The notes beneath the pieces were generated by a model. It was not told the origin of the DNA and did not search any database. It worked only from the letters and a program-made list of their open reading frames with translations. A DNA stretch of 64,000 nucleotides from Pseudovirgaria hyperparasitica. Its lineage: Eukaryota. The position numbers were made by a program, and so were the translations under genes. The DNA is taken from NCBI GenBank assembly GCA_010093815.1, contig ML996579.1. One strand, 5' to 3'. Shown here one piece after another: positions 1 through 12,675 of the stretch (position 1 is its first letter; each line of letters begins with the position of its first letter).

Positions 1-52
1 TCACCATTGCCGTTACCGGACATGTAGGATTAACATGGAGGTGTGTCTGCAG

Positions 53-1143
53 TTGACCGGCCTTACACAACCTACCCCAGAAGACTTGCGCAAGGAGATC
101 CGCAGGTGTCGCGGCATGACCAAGAACCCGTTCGGCGTCAACCTCACCCTTCTCCCATCCATCAACCCGCCAGACTACAACGCGTATGCACAGGTCATCG
201 TGGACGAGGGCGTCAAGATTGTCGAGACGGCGGGCAACAGCCCAGGCCCGATCATCAAGAAGCTAAAGGGAGCAGGCTGCATCGTCCTACACAAGTGCAC
301 ATCCATCCGTCACGCAAAGTCGGCGGTCAAGCTGGGCGTCGACTTCCTCTCCATCGACGGCTTCGAATGCGCCGGACACGTTGGCGAGACGGACATTACG
401 AACCTGATTCTGCTGAGCAAGGCACGTCAGGTGCTCGGAGTCCCGTTCATTGCGTCGGGAGGCTTCTGCGACGGGAACGGGCTGGCTGCGGCCATGAGCC
501 TGGGCGCAGCGGGTATCAACATGGGCACGCGCTTCATGTGCACCGTGGAGGCGCCCATCCACGAGAACATCAAAAAGGCGATTGTCGACGCTGAGGAGAC
601 AGACACAGAGCTCGTGCTGCGACGGTGGCGCAATACGTCGAGGTTGTTTGGAAACAAGGTTGCCAAGGAGGCGGTCAAGATCGAGCGCGAGAGCACGACG
701 GGCGAGTTCAAGGAGGTGCAGCCATACGTTGCTGGCGCGCGAGGTCGGCAAGTTTTCCTGAATGGCGACCCGGATTTTGGCGTAAGTTTTATTTTTATTT
801 TTTACTTTTTTTGGGAGGGGGCACATTCTTGCTTCCTCGTCACTTACTCGTTCACTCACTCACTCACTCACTCACTCTAATGCGACTGCGGCGCGCGTGG
901 TGATGATGGAGCTAGACAACGGAGGCATGTGAAATGAGATGAACACGAGAGTATATGCAATACCGGGTACCTTGCTAACACGACATTCGTACGTAGGTGT
1001 GGACGGCAGGACAAGTCATCGGACTGATCCACGACATTCCAACGTGCGCAGATCTCTTGAGTCGAATTGAGCGCGAGGCCGTGGATGCACTGGCTCGCAG
1101 CGCCACGCTGTATGTGGACGACACGGGCAAGAGTAAGCTGTAG
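53..1143 (+). CDS. Nitronate monooxygenase / 2-nitropropane dioxygenase family (5' part outside window); exons 53-781, 997-1143; C-terminal SKL (PTS1)
   Basis: PFGVNLTLLP, DGFECAGH, IASGG and GINMGTRF motifs. GT-AG intron 782-996 with a GCTAAC branch site. The last exon reads VWTAGQVIGLIHDIPTC...GKSKL*. Confidence 0.9.
851..877. repeat. (CACT)n microsatellite in intron
   Basis: ttcactcactcactcactcactcactc. Confidence 0.85.
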
Positions 1144-2360
1144 ACCGTAGAATTCAGTTTGATGGTAATTTAGACGTAAGCAGGTGCGATAGATTTTCCA
1201 TCTATATCTATATACAGCAGCTGTTGGCAAGGAAGGACTAACTATTATTACTTCGTATTGTTGCTACTGAGTGTTGGTGTTGCACTAAGCACTAATGTAG
1301 CATGCTCGTCTGTCTGCATCTGCTATTCTCATCCCAGGCATATTATTATTCATCGTGCGCACTACCTACCTTCTTACTGCCAGTGTAAGGCTGTAAGCAT
1401 GTAGTAGTCCCACGCTACGTATAGGACATACTTGACACTGCTGCACACTGCACACACTACAGACTGCACAGCCCGGCTCCGCCCTAGGAGATTGTTCGAT
1501 GAGGAAGATGGAGAAAACGATGCGCGTGCGCGATTATATTAATGGGGAAACCTTTTTTCGGAGGGAAGAGCAAGGATATGATTTGTTTCATTGGAGCGTG
1601 GTGTGCGCTGTCGGAATGCGAGCTGAGTGGCTGAGTCTGAATTTCTGATGAAGGATGTGTGTCGTGTGTTTGATTCTGATGGGGCGTTTGACAGGCTACC
1701 TCTCTACCTATGGCTATATGGACCCACCACACACGAAAGTACGTACTGGAGTCCAAGGCCAACAGCGGCCAGCCGTCGGCGAACCCGCGCCCACACGCTA
1801 CAACTTTTGGCTTTTTGGGGGAAGACCGGCCGGGTGGTGGTGCCTGGACGCTGGGCTCGCTGGGCTGTCTGAGCTGCGGCGTGGCCTACAGTTTCCCACT
1901 TTCCCAGTGTTCCAGTGTTCCAGTTTTTCCAGCCGGGGTGGGCCTTAACCCCCCCCTCTCCCCCACTAAAATGCTGCTTCAACAGGGCGGGCAAGGCAGC
2001 CGATTCGATGAACGCGGCGTTTTGATTTGGCGCTGTCTCCTTGTCTCGTGTCTCTTGTCAGGCAACTTCAGGTACCCGCAGCCGCCCGGTCCCACTACTG
2101 CAGTGAGGTGTTCCTGTTCCTGTCGATTATGTCAGCCACTCCCTCCGCGAGCTGTTGGTCCACTACCTACACCTTTACCCTCTTCTCTCCACTGTCGGAA
2201 CCTTCAGAGTTTTTTCCCCATTGCCACACATTTCCAACTCGTCCTCGTTTCTTCTTAACCCACGCTCTCTGCACCCACATTCATTCACTCTTTATTCATC
2301 TTTTGCTTTGCCTACAATTTCATCCTCTCTCTTTACCACCCACCCGGTCTTCAGATCTCA

Positions 2361-2366
2361 TATATA
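2361..2366 (+). promoter_or_regulatory. Putative TATA box of the expansin-like gene
   Basis: TATATA followed by a CT-rich tract, about 320 bp upstream of ATG 2686. Confidence 0.3.
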
Positions 2367-2685
2367 GAGCTTCCCTAGTCTCTATTCACCCTCACACACT
2401 CCTTGTTCAATAGGTACTTCCTATTGTTCACCACTTCACAACTCACTGTCATTGCTGCAAAAGTTTTTGAACAACGTCCGCAACTGTCGTTACTAAAACA
2501 GTTCTATCGCCGACATCGACTTGCTCTTCGACATAAAGCTCAAAGTCATTCCTTCACCCTCACCTTGACGCTCTCCACGCTGCTGATCAGCCTCATTCAT
2601 TCCTTACCAAACTCAAAAGAACTGCCTATCCGGTTTCATTCTTACGCAGGACGCGCCCACTCGCCTTGACGGCCCCTGAGTCATT

Positions 2686-3831
2686 ATGCCCTCTTACACC
2701 CAAATTGTGCTCGCGCTGGTCGCTTCCGTCCACGCTACCCATCTCACTCTCAACGACTACACTGTTCTCAAGAATGCTGTCAACAACCCGCCAGCCTGTG
2801 GCATCGGCTACCAGCACCTTGACGTGAACAAGATCACTGCCATCGCAGGAATCGGCGGCAACTACGACTCCAAATGCGGCTCTTGTGTCCAGGTCTGTGG
2901 AAGCTCAAGCTGCGGTTACCTTCTCGTCGTTGATGGATGCGCTGGCTCTGACCATATTGACATCTCCACTGTCGCTGGGCCATCAATTGTCGGATCTGAT
3001 ACCGGCAACCATGATGTTACCATGAAGTTTGTCGACTCGTCTAACTGTGGCGGCATCTGGGATGGACAAGGCATGGACGTTGCCTTTCCCGACGGTGGTG
3101 CGCCTGCGAACTGGGCCAAGCTGAACAGCGGTGGTGGTGGTGATGGTGGCTACCAGGCGCCGGCGACAAGTCCATCTAGCGTAGCTGTCCAGAACGTCGC
3201 GCCGGCTCCTAGTGCCGCCCCAGCTCCTAGCACCGCCCCAGAAGTTCCATCACCATATGTCGCCCCTGAGCCTGAGGTTCAGCAGACTCCCAGCGTCCAG
3301 CAGCCTCCCAGCGTAGAGCAAGAGCCTGTTCCATCATCCACCGCTGAAGTCGCGCCGCCGGAGACACCATACCCTGCCGTGCAACAGCCACAGCCGACGC
3401 CATCAGCTGCCGCGCCGTCGTCGTTCACCACCGTCACAACCAAGACGGTACCTACCCCTAGCCCCGCTGCTCCGGCAGAATATTATGAAGAACCCAGTGC
3501 TCGTAAGTCCATTGACACCATTTTTATCAAATCGTATAGCATACTCATTGTCACAGCCACTACAGCATCGATCGAGACCCCTGTAGATTCTGTGCATATC
3601 CCAACTCCCAGTGGCGGCGCCTTCTACGAGGCCAGCCCCACTTCAGTGCCTACTCCATCATCAGTCGCAGTGGGCACAGCGACATATGTTGTACCCACTG
3701 CCAACACTTCGCATTTCACACCGAGCCCGTCCCCCGCTGTTCCGCTCTTTACAGGCGCCGCATCCAAGAACACCGCGATGCCAGTCGTCGCGGGCTCGCT
3801 CTTGGCCGGGTTCATGGCTCTCCTTTTCTAG
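2686..3831 (+). CDS. Secreted expansin-like/RlpA (DPBB, barwin-like) protein with P/S/T-rich stalk and probable GPI anchor; likely 54-nt intron 3503-3556
   Basis: Signal peptide; ACG...CGSCVQV...VVDGC...HIDIS pattern; long PST region; hydrophobic C-terminus after FTGAAS. Confidence 0.7.
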   Translation: MPSYTQIVLALVASVHATHLTLNDYTVLKNAVNNPPACGIGYQHLDVNKITAIAGIGGNYDSKCGSCVQVCGSSSCGYLLVVDGCAGSDHIDISTVAGPSIVGSDTGNHDVTMKFVDSSNCGGIWDGQGMDVAFPDGGAPANWAKLNSGGGGDGGYQAPATSPSSVAVQNVAPAPSAAPAPSTAPEVPSPYVAPEPEVQQTPSVQQPPSVEQEPVPSSTAEVAPPETPYPAVQQPQPTPSAAAPSSFTTVTTKTVPTPSPAAPAEYYEEPSARKSIDTIFIKSYSILIVTATTASIETPVDSVHIPTPSGGAFYEASPTSVPTPSSVAVGTATYVVPTANTSHFTPSPSPAVPLFTGAASKNTAMPVVAGSLLAGFMALLF

Positions 3832-5178
3832 ATACCGCAAGCCAGCCTTGAAGTCTTCTGTGAAGACTCGGCTTGATGCGTACATACATACCCCCACCTA
3901 TGGATTAGGTATGGCGTTATATGGTTCTTACGAGATACGGGGGCGATTGGACAAAAATAAGGATTGGATTACGATTTCATGATGGATGGGTGGATTGCCT
4001 TCGCACACCGCGGATGGCGTTTTTCTTTTGCTCATATACGATTTTTCTTCTCCTCCAACATCCTCACACTCTTCATACGAGGGAATATTTCGTTTATACC
4101 CTTCTTGTCACTCGTTTAGACAATTTTTCCAATGGTGGGAAAGTGATGAGGCTTCTCAGGCTTGCGACTAGCTACTATTTGTTTGCTAGTCTAGTTTTTT
4201 ATAACACATTATGAAAATGAAAAGAACTTTAGAGATATACGTTACTATTAGTTTGGTTGAAGATGATTTAATTGGCGCCTTTTTCAAGACATCATTAAAA
4301 CTAGGTAATTATTACGTGGCTGGTAGGTCTGGTTTGGTCTGGTCTGGCTAGGCTAACCTCTATAGGCGCGGGGTACTTAATCAGTGCAACGAATAATTAG
4401 ATGTCATATCAGGTTAATAGGATGATAGGTAGACAGCCTTATAGGAGGAGCTGTCTCGTCAATTTCTTATTCTCACGACCTGACCTGTGTGTTTTCGCAT
4501 TCTGCCCACGGCGACGTCGGACGCTTGGAAGTTACAGTACTGTACTGTACCACCCGGCCCTGAACATCCCGTCTCCGAGTTCATTTCTCCGATACCTGTC
4601 CTCCGGTGCCTATGCTCCGGTGCCTATCCTTCTAGCTTGAGGTACCTGCTAGGCTTATTATCATTCCAGCGTATGCTTCATGTGCAGACAAGCAAGATGA
4701 TATGCGCGCAGGCCTATGTGAGATGCTGTTTTCCCCACCAATTTCCAAAACAGGTGTATATATATGTATATGTTATCCAAAACATACAAGCCGGAATGCA
4801 GACTAGGTAGATAAATAGACAGACAGACAGATAGATCAAAAAAAGAATCCCCACACACCCTGTTGAGAGGCTCTGCAGCCATACATGTCTAGATGTATGT
4901 ATATATATGCCAGCAAGTAAGTGGTGATTCTGATGTACATAGCCGAAAACAAAAATCTTGGAAACCGCCTCCGGGCTGGGGTGGTGGATGAGCACCTCCC
5001 ACCTACCTACCTACCAATCAATGCTTTATTTCTGGTATCATTTATTTCCTCTCTCCCCCTCTCCCCCCGAGAAACGCCGTCCGTTTTTTTGCTCCTGAAC
5101 GCCTGCCCGGAAAACAGGCCAATACATACGCACACACACATACACATAAACACATATACACTCACGGAAAAAAGGGCA

Positions 5179-6346
5179 TCATCTGCGATTGATCAGGGTC
5201 ATGAACTCCTCGCGCGTCTTGGCGGTGGACCGCATGCGGCCCAGCATACAGCTGGTCGTCGTTGTCGCGCCGGTCTTCTGCACGCCGCGCATGACCATGC
5301 AGAAGTGGCTCGACTCCATGACGACGGCGACGCCTTGCGGCTGGAGGACCTCGGAGAGGGCGAGGGCGACTTGCTTGGTGAGTCTTTCCTGCACCTGCAG
5401 GCGGCGGGCGAACATCTCGGCGATGCGGGCGAGCTTGGACAGGCCGAGGACGCGCTTGTTGGGGATGTAGCCGATGTGCATCTGTATTTTGAAGTGAGGT
5501 TTGTCAGCTGGAGATCTCATTCCCGGAAGTTTGCACTTTTGAGCTGAGAACTTAGCTAACCTTGCCGGTGAAGGGGACGAGATGGTGCTCGCAGAGGGAG
5601 AAGATGTCGATGTCCTTGACGATGACTAGCTCGTCGTGGTCTTCGTGGAAGACGGCCCCGTTGACGATGTCGTAGAGGTTTTCTTCGTAGCCCTTTGTGA
5701 AGAATAGCATTGCCTTTGCGTAGCGCTCGGGCGTGGCGCGCAGGCCTTCGCGGTCGACGTCCTCGCCCAGACATTCGAGGACGGTCTTGAGTGCGCCGGA
5801 GAGCTTTGTGAGACGCTGTTCCTTCTCTTCCTCGGATGCTTCCTTGCGTTCCCGCGTTCCCAGGCCTGTCTTTGGTATTAGCGATTGTTTTCAAATTTTT
5901 GGTTTTTGTTTTCCCCCTCCCTGGAGAGGTTCTGCTAAGGACAACGTACTCGGCCAGCTCAGACCATCGAAATCAATGGTCGGGTGCTGCGTGAAGGGGC
6001 TCTGCGATCGACTTGTCCCGAGAGGCGTGGGAGGGGACGCTCGGCGTCTGGACGGGATTGCGTCTGTGAACTCATGCGCCATGGATTCTTCGTCTAGCGT
6101 GCTCAGAGGCGCGGTGTTATGCGACCCAACAGTGGTACCATTGGAGGTATGTCCGTTCGCAGAATAGCCATTCGGTGCGTCAAATACCAGGGCGGTGCGT
6201 TGTCGGCTGTTTGAAGCTTCGATTGAAGCAAACAGGTTTTCTCGTTCCTTGCGGTCCCTCATCTCGGCTGGGGCGCGAAGCGGGGAGCTCCCGTTGGAGA
6301 GATGAGATGGTACGGCAGATATAGGTCTGAGGGGAGGAGAGTCCAT
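5179..6346 (-). CDS. FOL2: GTP cyclohydrolase I; exons 6346-5950, 5865-5561, 5481-5179
   Basis: [49 protein letters not shown] and [11 protein letters not shown] motifs; canonical splice sites. Confidence 0.96.
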
Positions 6347-8630
6347 TGTAGTAGTGTTGCAAGTTGGAGATCAGAGAGAGGAGTGAGTGCTCGTGGGTAA
6401 GGAGGGTACTAAGCTTAATTACGTGCTCGGCAAGTGAAAAAAAAAGGGACGGAGAACTGCTCTCTTGTAAGTTTGGGATTGGCAAAGCAATTTGTTCAGG
6501 GGATAGAAATCATGATTGTCCAAGATTGTGGTACAGCGTCCTCAGCGCAGAGAAGTAGTAGTGATTGTCGGCAGAGGAGAGTTCTTGTATCCCGTCTGAT
6601 TAAAATCTCATCGCCCCGGTGGTCCCGGCGTTCCTCGGGGGCGGGACAATTGCGCGCAAACGTCCCTTGCAGATGAGATGACGGTAACGGTCACGGTCTC
6701 CGGGTTCTGCGGGGTTCTTTGCCGAGGATTCTCCGTGCATCCGCCTATGCTCGCGCCCAAGCCCGAACCTCGAACCGTCGACGTCCCAAATTGCTCCGAC
6801 TACAGTTGATTATTGCAACTGTCTATCCAAAAGCCATCACTCCCACCGTCTCTGGCGACGGAGACAACATCTCACGACGCCTCTACAGAGCTGCATGGCT
6901 CCCTGCATGGCTCTTCCAGCCTTCACCCATCCGAAAAGCGACATGTCTCCCCTCGACTTCACACAGCGATCTGTACACGTCTGGCCCTTAACCACACCCG
7001 CTGCACTTCGCTCAAATATCGTGACTATGTTGGGGATAGAATGGGCATCACTTTAAGTGTATCCGAGGCCATCATACAGACCTAGCAGTCGTCCGTCAAG
7101 CTCGATGTACCTAGCGTCTACATCTGAAGTTTCATCCTACAGGCGCAGTCATGGAGCATGATTCACAAACAAGGGCATGGAAGCAACTAAGCATGCGTCT
7201 GGCTGGGTTTACTGTCGTATTGGTATTGAGAAATTCGTTCGTTACTGCCCATCATATCACAAACGAAACCAAGTCCTAGGCAGAACATGCCTTGAAGTCT
7301 ATCGCTCAGTAAGATGGCGTCCAAGGGAGCCCTCATAATCCCGGAGCAAAGGCAGCATGATGCTAAAATGAGCGTTCATCGCTGGCGGTATCTGCTGTAT
7401 GCTGGCCATGCAGCATGTCATGATCTTCTGCACTATCAAAGGGTTACAGACTTGTGACAGCACTGGAAAGGTGAACCTATCCTCCTTCTCCAGGTCCCTG
7501 CCCGTGGTAATGCTCACCAGAATCTAGCCCCAAGACAGGGAACCCCACATTTATTGCTTTTCATGAAGACCAGGTTCTAATGAAGGTAAGGATGAACATC
7601 ATCGCCCGACTCAAAACAACAAGATGCTGTTCGCACGATTGAAAGACCGTCCTACCTTGATATCACTTCTAGGGACTCCAAAGATAGTCACCCAGCCCGC
7701 TTGTCGAGGTACGTTTGCGTGTCATGTCACGCAATATGTGTGGTAATCTCACTCGCATTCGTTGTCGCAGAAGACTAGGTCGTAATACAATTACTGCCTG
7801 TACAAGTAGATAGCTCTGCATGGAGGTCATGGAGACGTGAAGGGGACAAGCCTCTGATAAGGTGAGGCACAAGCTAGTGACCTCCCGGGCTTGGGTTGTG
7901 CGAAGCACAGCGTATCGAAAGCCGTCGCCCTGCTCGAAAATTTGGCCGTTGGGGAGAAGTCACTGCAGCCTCGTGCAGCGGCCCAATGGACGGACTCGAC
8001 CATTTAGATCAACTTGATATGATGGGTTGACGCTGGAGCGACTCATGATTTGCCTTCTGGAACACCCAAGACAGGACGGAAGGCAGCGTAAGCCCAATCG
8101 CGCATCTCTAGAAAGTCAAGCTTAGGCACGGATGAATCTCACAAACGTGATGCGGCTATGCGGCAGGCAAAGCGCCCCTACCGACAAGCAGCACTGGGAA
8201 TTATCTCGTCCAACGAGCATAAAATACTAATCAGAGGTGGCCTGCGTTGGAGGCAGATGTGCGATGCCTCATATTTTGTTGGATATATCGCCATCTCCAA
8301 CGGGGACGGCGGGATTTCGGCTAAGTTGAAGACGTCGATGTCTTGACGCAACCACAAAAAACCGAGTCGGACTGGCGAGTCCGACACTTCCTACAGTCTG
8401 CGGAAAGTGCCAAGTGACAAACGAAGATTTGCGCTCTAGTTGCTTATCCTGCCCAGAACTTTTTTTCTTATATCGTCCAGCTTGAAGGGTTCTTTGCAGG
8501 TTGTGTGTTGGAGGCGGCTCCGGATTCTTTTCCTACTAACTACTGCTGCTTGGCTTTGACTTTCCTCGCGTAACGCAGGCCAAACCTCAGCACCTTGCAC
8601 TTCGGCCCATACACATGTCTTGACGTCTAC

Positions 8631-11600
8631 ATGGCCGGCTCGCAACGAGGGCCGTTGATAGATCAGTGGAGACCAGAGGATCCAAAATCATCAACACACC
8701 GCCCTCGAGAACGTCCCAGGCTGGAGCGCAGCCGTTCAAGGGACATTCGCGGCCGCTCGCCTGCATCACCGCGGCGTCTGCACCGCAACTCCATTGATCA
8801 CACCAAGCACAGCTCTCGAGCAGTCTCCCGACACACGAGAGACCGATCAGCGACACGCCGCCGAAGTCGTAGTCGAAGTAGGCCTCGTCATCGGGACATA
8901 GCCTCCACACCAGCGCGTCAAGACGAGCGTGACGATCTGTATCGGCCATCACGCAACAGGCAACCCAGCTCAGAACGTCCGCACCGTCATCGCGAACGCT
9001 CGTCCGTAGCAGCCAAACGCCGTCGAAGCATCTCACGCTCGCGATCTCGCGACTCGGCAAGGCTAACGAAGAGGCGTAGAAGTCGGAGTGCCGTCCGTTC
9101 GCCATCACGATCCCGTGGTTTAGACGCAACGCGCAGGCCCCTCGATCGAGCCTTTTCCCCTCGAGACACACGTCCCCCACGGCGAATAAGCCCTGACTCC
9201 TATATACCATCTCGTCGCCGCTCAAGATCACCGGAGTCCTCACGATATCGTCCCAGTTCACGATCACGTCGAAGATCACCGGCGCCTGACCGTCGTCTGT
9301 CAACGCAGCGTGTCGGCTCACCAAACCCCGCTTCATCGTATAGACACAAGGAAAGGCGCTCACCATCGGTTGAACACAAGAAAGAGAAGCCAAAAGACCT
9401 ATTTCAGTCTCGCCTGCGGTCTGACACGAATCTTAGCGAGCGTATCAGGAAAGAACAACCCCTCTCTTCATTGACGAAGGGCAAACGGACCCGCTCTCCG
9501 TCACCCCGTAGGAGACCATCCTCTCCAGCTACAAATCAACGTAAAAGACGATCAAGAAGCCGTAGTCGTGCTTCACTGCACCGACGCCGTTCTCGCACTC
9601 CCGTTCGACTGAGAAGTCCGCGTAGCTCGAGACCCACATCTCCTGACCGAGCCGTAAAGGCTACTCGTCATAGCTCTGTAGAGCGACAATCAAAGGACGA
9701 GAGCACCATGAGGGGTTCATTCGTACATGGTCGACCCTCGCGGTCTCAGGTCGACACACGAAATTATTCTGACTCTCCGCCCTACAATGCACCAAATCAA
9801 ATGATATCTCATGCACAGTCGCCATACAACGGACGCGGGGGTCAAAACCAGTACGGTAGTCATCAAGGGTAAGTCCTTCCCCTCTCCACTGACTGATACC
9901 AGCTCATATCAGTAGATCACCCGTACAAGGCTATTCGCCACATCAGTCTCCATACGGCCATCAGTCTCCGAATCAGGCCCAGTATTATCAGAATCAACAA
10001 TACAACACCCAGGGAGGTAGCATGACTCCAGGCTACAATTCCCCATCATATCGTGGTGCACATACGCCAACGAGAGGTAGTCGATTCCCTTCAGGCCCAT
10101 CTGCTCAGAATTATGCGGCACCTTCTGGCAGAGGACGAGGTGCACACTTCAGCAACCTGTCATGGACACCTGCAACTGGCAGTCGTGGAGGGAAGGCTCC
10201 GATAGATAAAACCCGTGCCATCATGGCACCGATCGCAGCCCAGTCAATGGCGCATGCCGCAGCAGCCCAAGCTGGAACCAGTTTGATATCTTCGAAAGAA
10301 GAAGATACAGATAACCCATTCAGACCATCGGCTGATATGCGTGCTGAAAATATTCAGGAAGAGACCGATAATCCGTTCCGTCCCTCGCTGGATTTGCGCG
10401 TAGAAGATTCAAGCACAGATATAAAAACATCTATGCCCCCGCCTAGCAAACCTAGCGCAGGAAGCATGTCACCAGCTGGGCCTAAGATAAGCTTTGCTCT
10501 CAAGACGAAACCAGCTACACAGCCCGTTACAACACCAAAGGCCGATTTAGGACAAAAGGCTCGCGAGGCTTTGAGCACATCCAAGACGAAGTCAACTTCG
10601 CCATCTTCAACTAGGCGTGATTTAGATGGTCGGTATGATAGAAGATATGAGTCGTACGACAGCCATCGAAGAAGCGACTATCGTAAGGATGACCGGCGAG
10701 AAGACCGACGAGAAGACCGACGAGAAGACCGGCGAGAAGACCGGCGGGACCGTCGCGATGAACGATACGACAGCCGCGATCGAAGTCGTGACCTTTTGGA
10801 CGATGCTCGTGCATCTCGCCGCGACGAACGGAGAGAAGACTGGAGCGAGCATGCTCGATATGCTGACGGTCGTCGCCGTGCGCCTGAGTCAAGGCCTGAG
10901 TCAAGGCCTGAGACTCGTCCAGAACGTCGCCCTGATAAGTCATCAGGACCACCGCTCGTACAGAAAAAGATCATGAAACGTCCGAAACCACGACCGACAC
11001 TCCCGCCAGATTTCGCCACGTCCGATTCAGTCTATTACCGGAAACCTGGTAATGAATCTGTAATAGGATCTGGTACCTATGGCAAAGTCTTTAAAGGTGT
11101 GCATGTCTATACCAAAGACATGGTCGCGTTGAAAAAAATACGGATGGAGGGCGAGCGCGATGGAGTAAGTTGGAACAATGCATTGAGAATATTTTGATGC
11201 AAAACTAATTTCTTCCTATAGTTCCCTGTTACCGCAATTCGCGAGATTAAGCTGTTACAATCACTCAACCACGACAACGTTGTCAAGCTTCAAGAGGTCA
11301 TGGTGGAGAAGAACGATTGCTTCATGGTGTTCGAATATCTTTCCCACGACTTGACTGGGTTGCTCAACCATCCTACATTTACCCTCGACCACTCACAGAA
11401 GAAAGATCTGGCCAAGCAGTTGTTTGACGGACTGAACTATCTTCACACCCGTGGCGTTCTGCATCGAGACATCAAAGCGGCAAACATCCTTGTCAGCAAT
11501 ACCGGGGTGTTAAAACTCGCCGACTTTGGACTTGCTCGATTCTATGCCAAGCGCGGCAAGCTTGACTACACGAATCGTGTCATCACAATCTGGTATCGCA

Positions 11601-12205
11601 GCCCGGAACTTCTCCTCGGTGAAACACAGTATGGACCCGCTGTGGACATCTGGTCTGCAGCCTGTGTACTGGTCGAGATCTTCACGAAGCATGCCATTTT
11701 CCCAGGTGATGGGGGTGAGATCAATCAGCTTGACAAGATTTACAACGTCCTTGGTACGCCTACTCGCTCTGAATGGCCTGGAATCGTTGAGATGCAATGG
11801 TTTGAGCTTCTTCGCCCTACGGAGCGCAAATACTCGACGTTTGCAGAAAAATACAAGGACCGCGTCACGCCCGCAGCCTTCGAGCTGTTATGTGCCATGT
11901 TTCAGTACGACCCTATCAATCGACCGAGCGCCTCTGACGTTCTCGAACATCCGTACTTCGCATCGGAAGAGCCGATGCCACGCCGTGCAGTCGAGCTCGC
12001 TGAGTTAAAGGGTGACTGGCACGAGTTTGAGAGCAAGGCCCTAAGAAGGGAGAAAGAGCGGGCCGACCGTGAAGCACGGCATAAGCAGCGTGAGTTGGAT
12101 ACAGGAGGAGAGGCTGTCGGTAAGGTCGAAGCGGAGAAGCGCAGGGCAGAAGCACCGCCCAATGAACCTGATGCGAAACGCCTAAAGGCTGATGGGGCTT
12201 CATGA
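8631..12205 (+). CDS. CTK1: RNA Pol II CTD kinase catalytic subunit (CDK12/13, Lsk1-like) with long RS-rich N-terminus; exons 8631-9868, 9916-11164, 11222-12205
   Basis: GSGTYGKV, VALKKIRME-GERDG-FPVTAIREIK, HRDIKAAN, DFGLAR, DYTNRVITIWYR and GDWHEFESK motifs; RS-dipeptide-rich N-terminus. Confidence 0.93.
10690..10748 (+). repeat. 12-bp coding tandem repeat (REDR) in CTK1
   Basis: GACCG(G/A)CGAGAA repeated about 4 times. Confidence 0.8.
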
Positions 12206-12675
12206 GCAAGTCCGCCTCCTTTCGTTCTTGGGGAGGAGTTGGGAGCCTTCTAATTCACGGCAAGGCTGGCATGAGTGATTACCCAAACTTTTCAAACGTC
12301 ATCAGCTTGCGAATTCGCACCTAGTCTGTCTGCATTTGCATCATAAAAACCTGCCACAGGCGACGAAGGTCCGTGAGGTATGCTGAGCATGAAACAGCGA
12401 TAATGTTGTAACTGTTGTAACATGTTGATACAAAATATTGGCGGTATTTTGAACTGTATAGATAAGACGAGGCAGTACATGTTTGGTAAAAGAGACCGAA
12501 TAATTGGCCAGGTTAGGACCAGCACGGCATTATGATCAATCAAAAGGCATATGATTGGTTATAGCACATATCAATGAAAATCATAAAACGGACAATTTTG
12601 CCACAATTCCATTGCCGATCGTATACTTCTTACTGGTCACTCTCCATCCAACCAGCAAAAACAGGTATTATAAAG

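Noticed and set aside
896..990. Box C-like GTGATGA in the long intron of the nitronate monooxygenase (possible snoRNA)
   Set aside because: I found no downstream box D (CTGA) or terminal stem within the intron.
7000..8400. Short ORFs between FOL2 and CTK1
   Set aside because: No recognisable motifs or consistent exon structure; treated as intergenic.
8587..9393. 268-aa minus-strand ORF, and similar long antisense ORFs over GC-rich genes
   Set aside because: These are antisense shadows of CTK1 and other well-supported genes.
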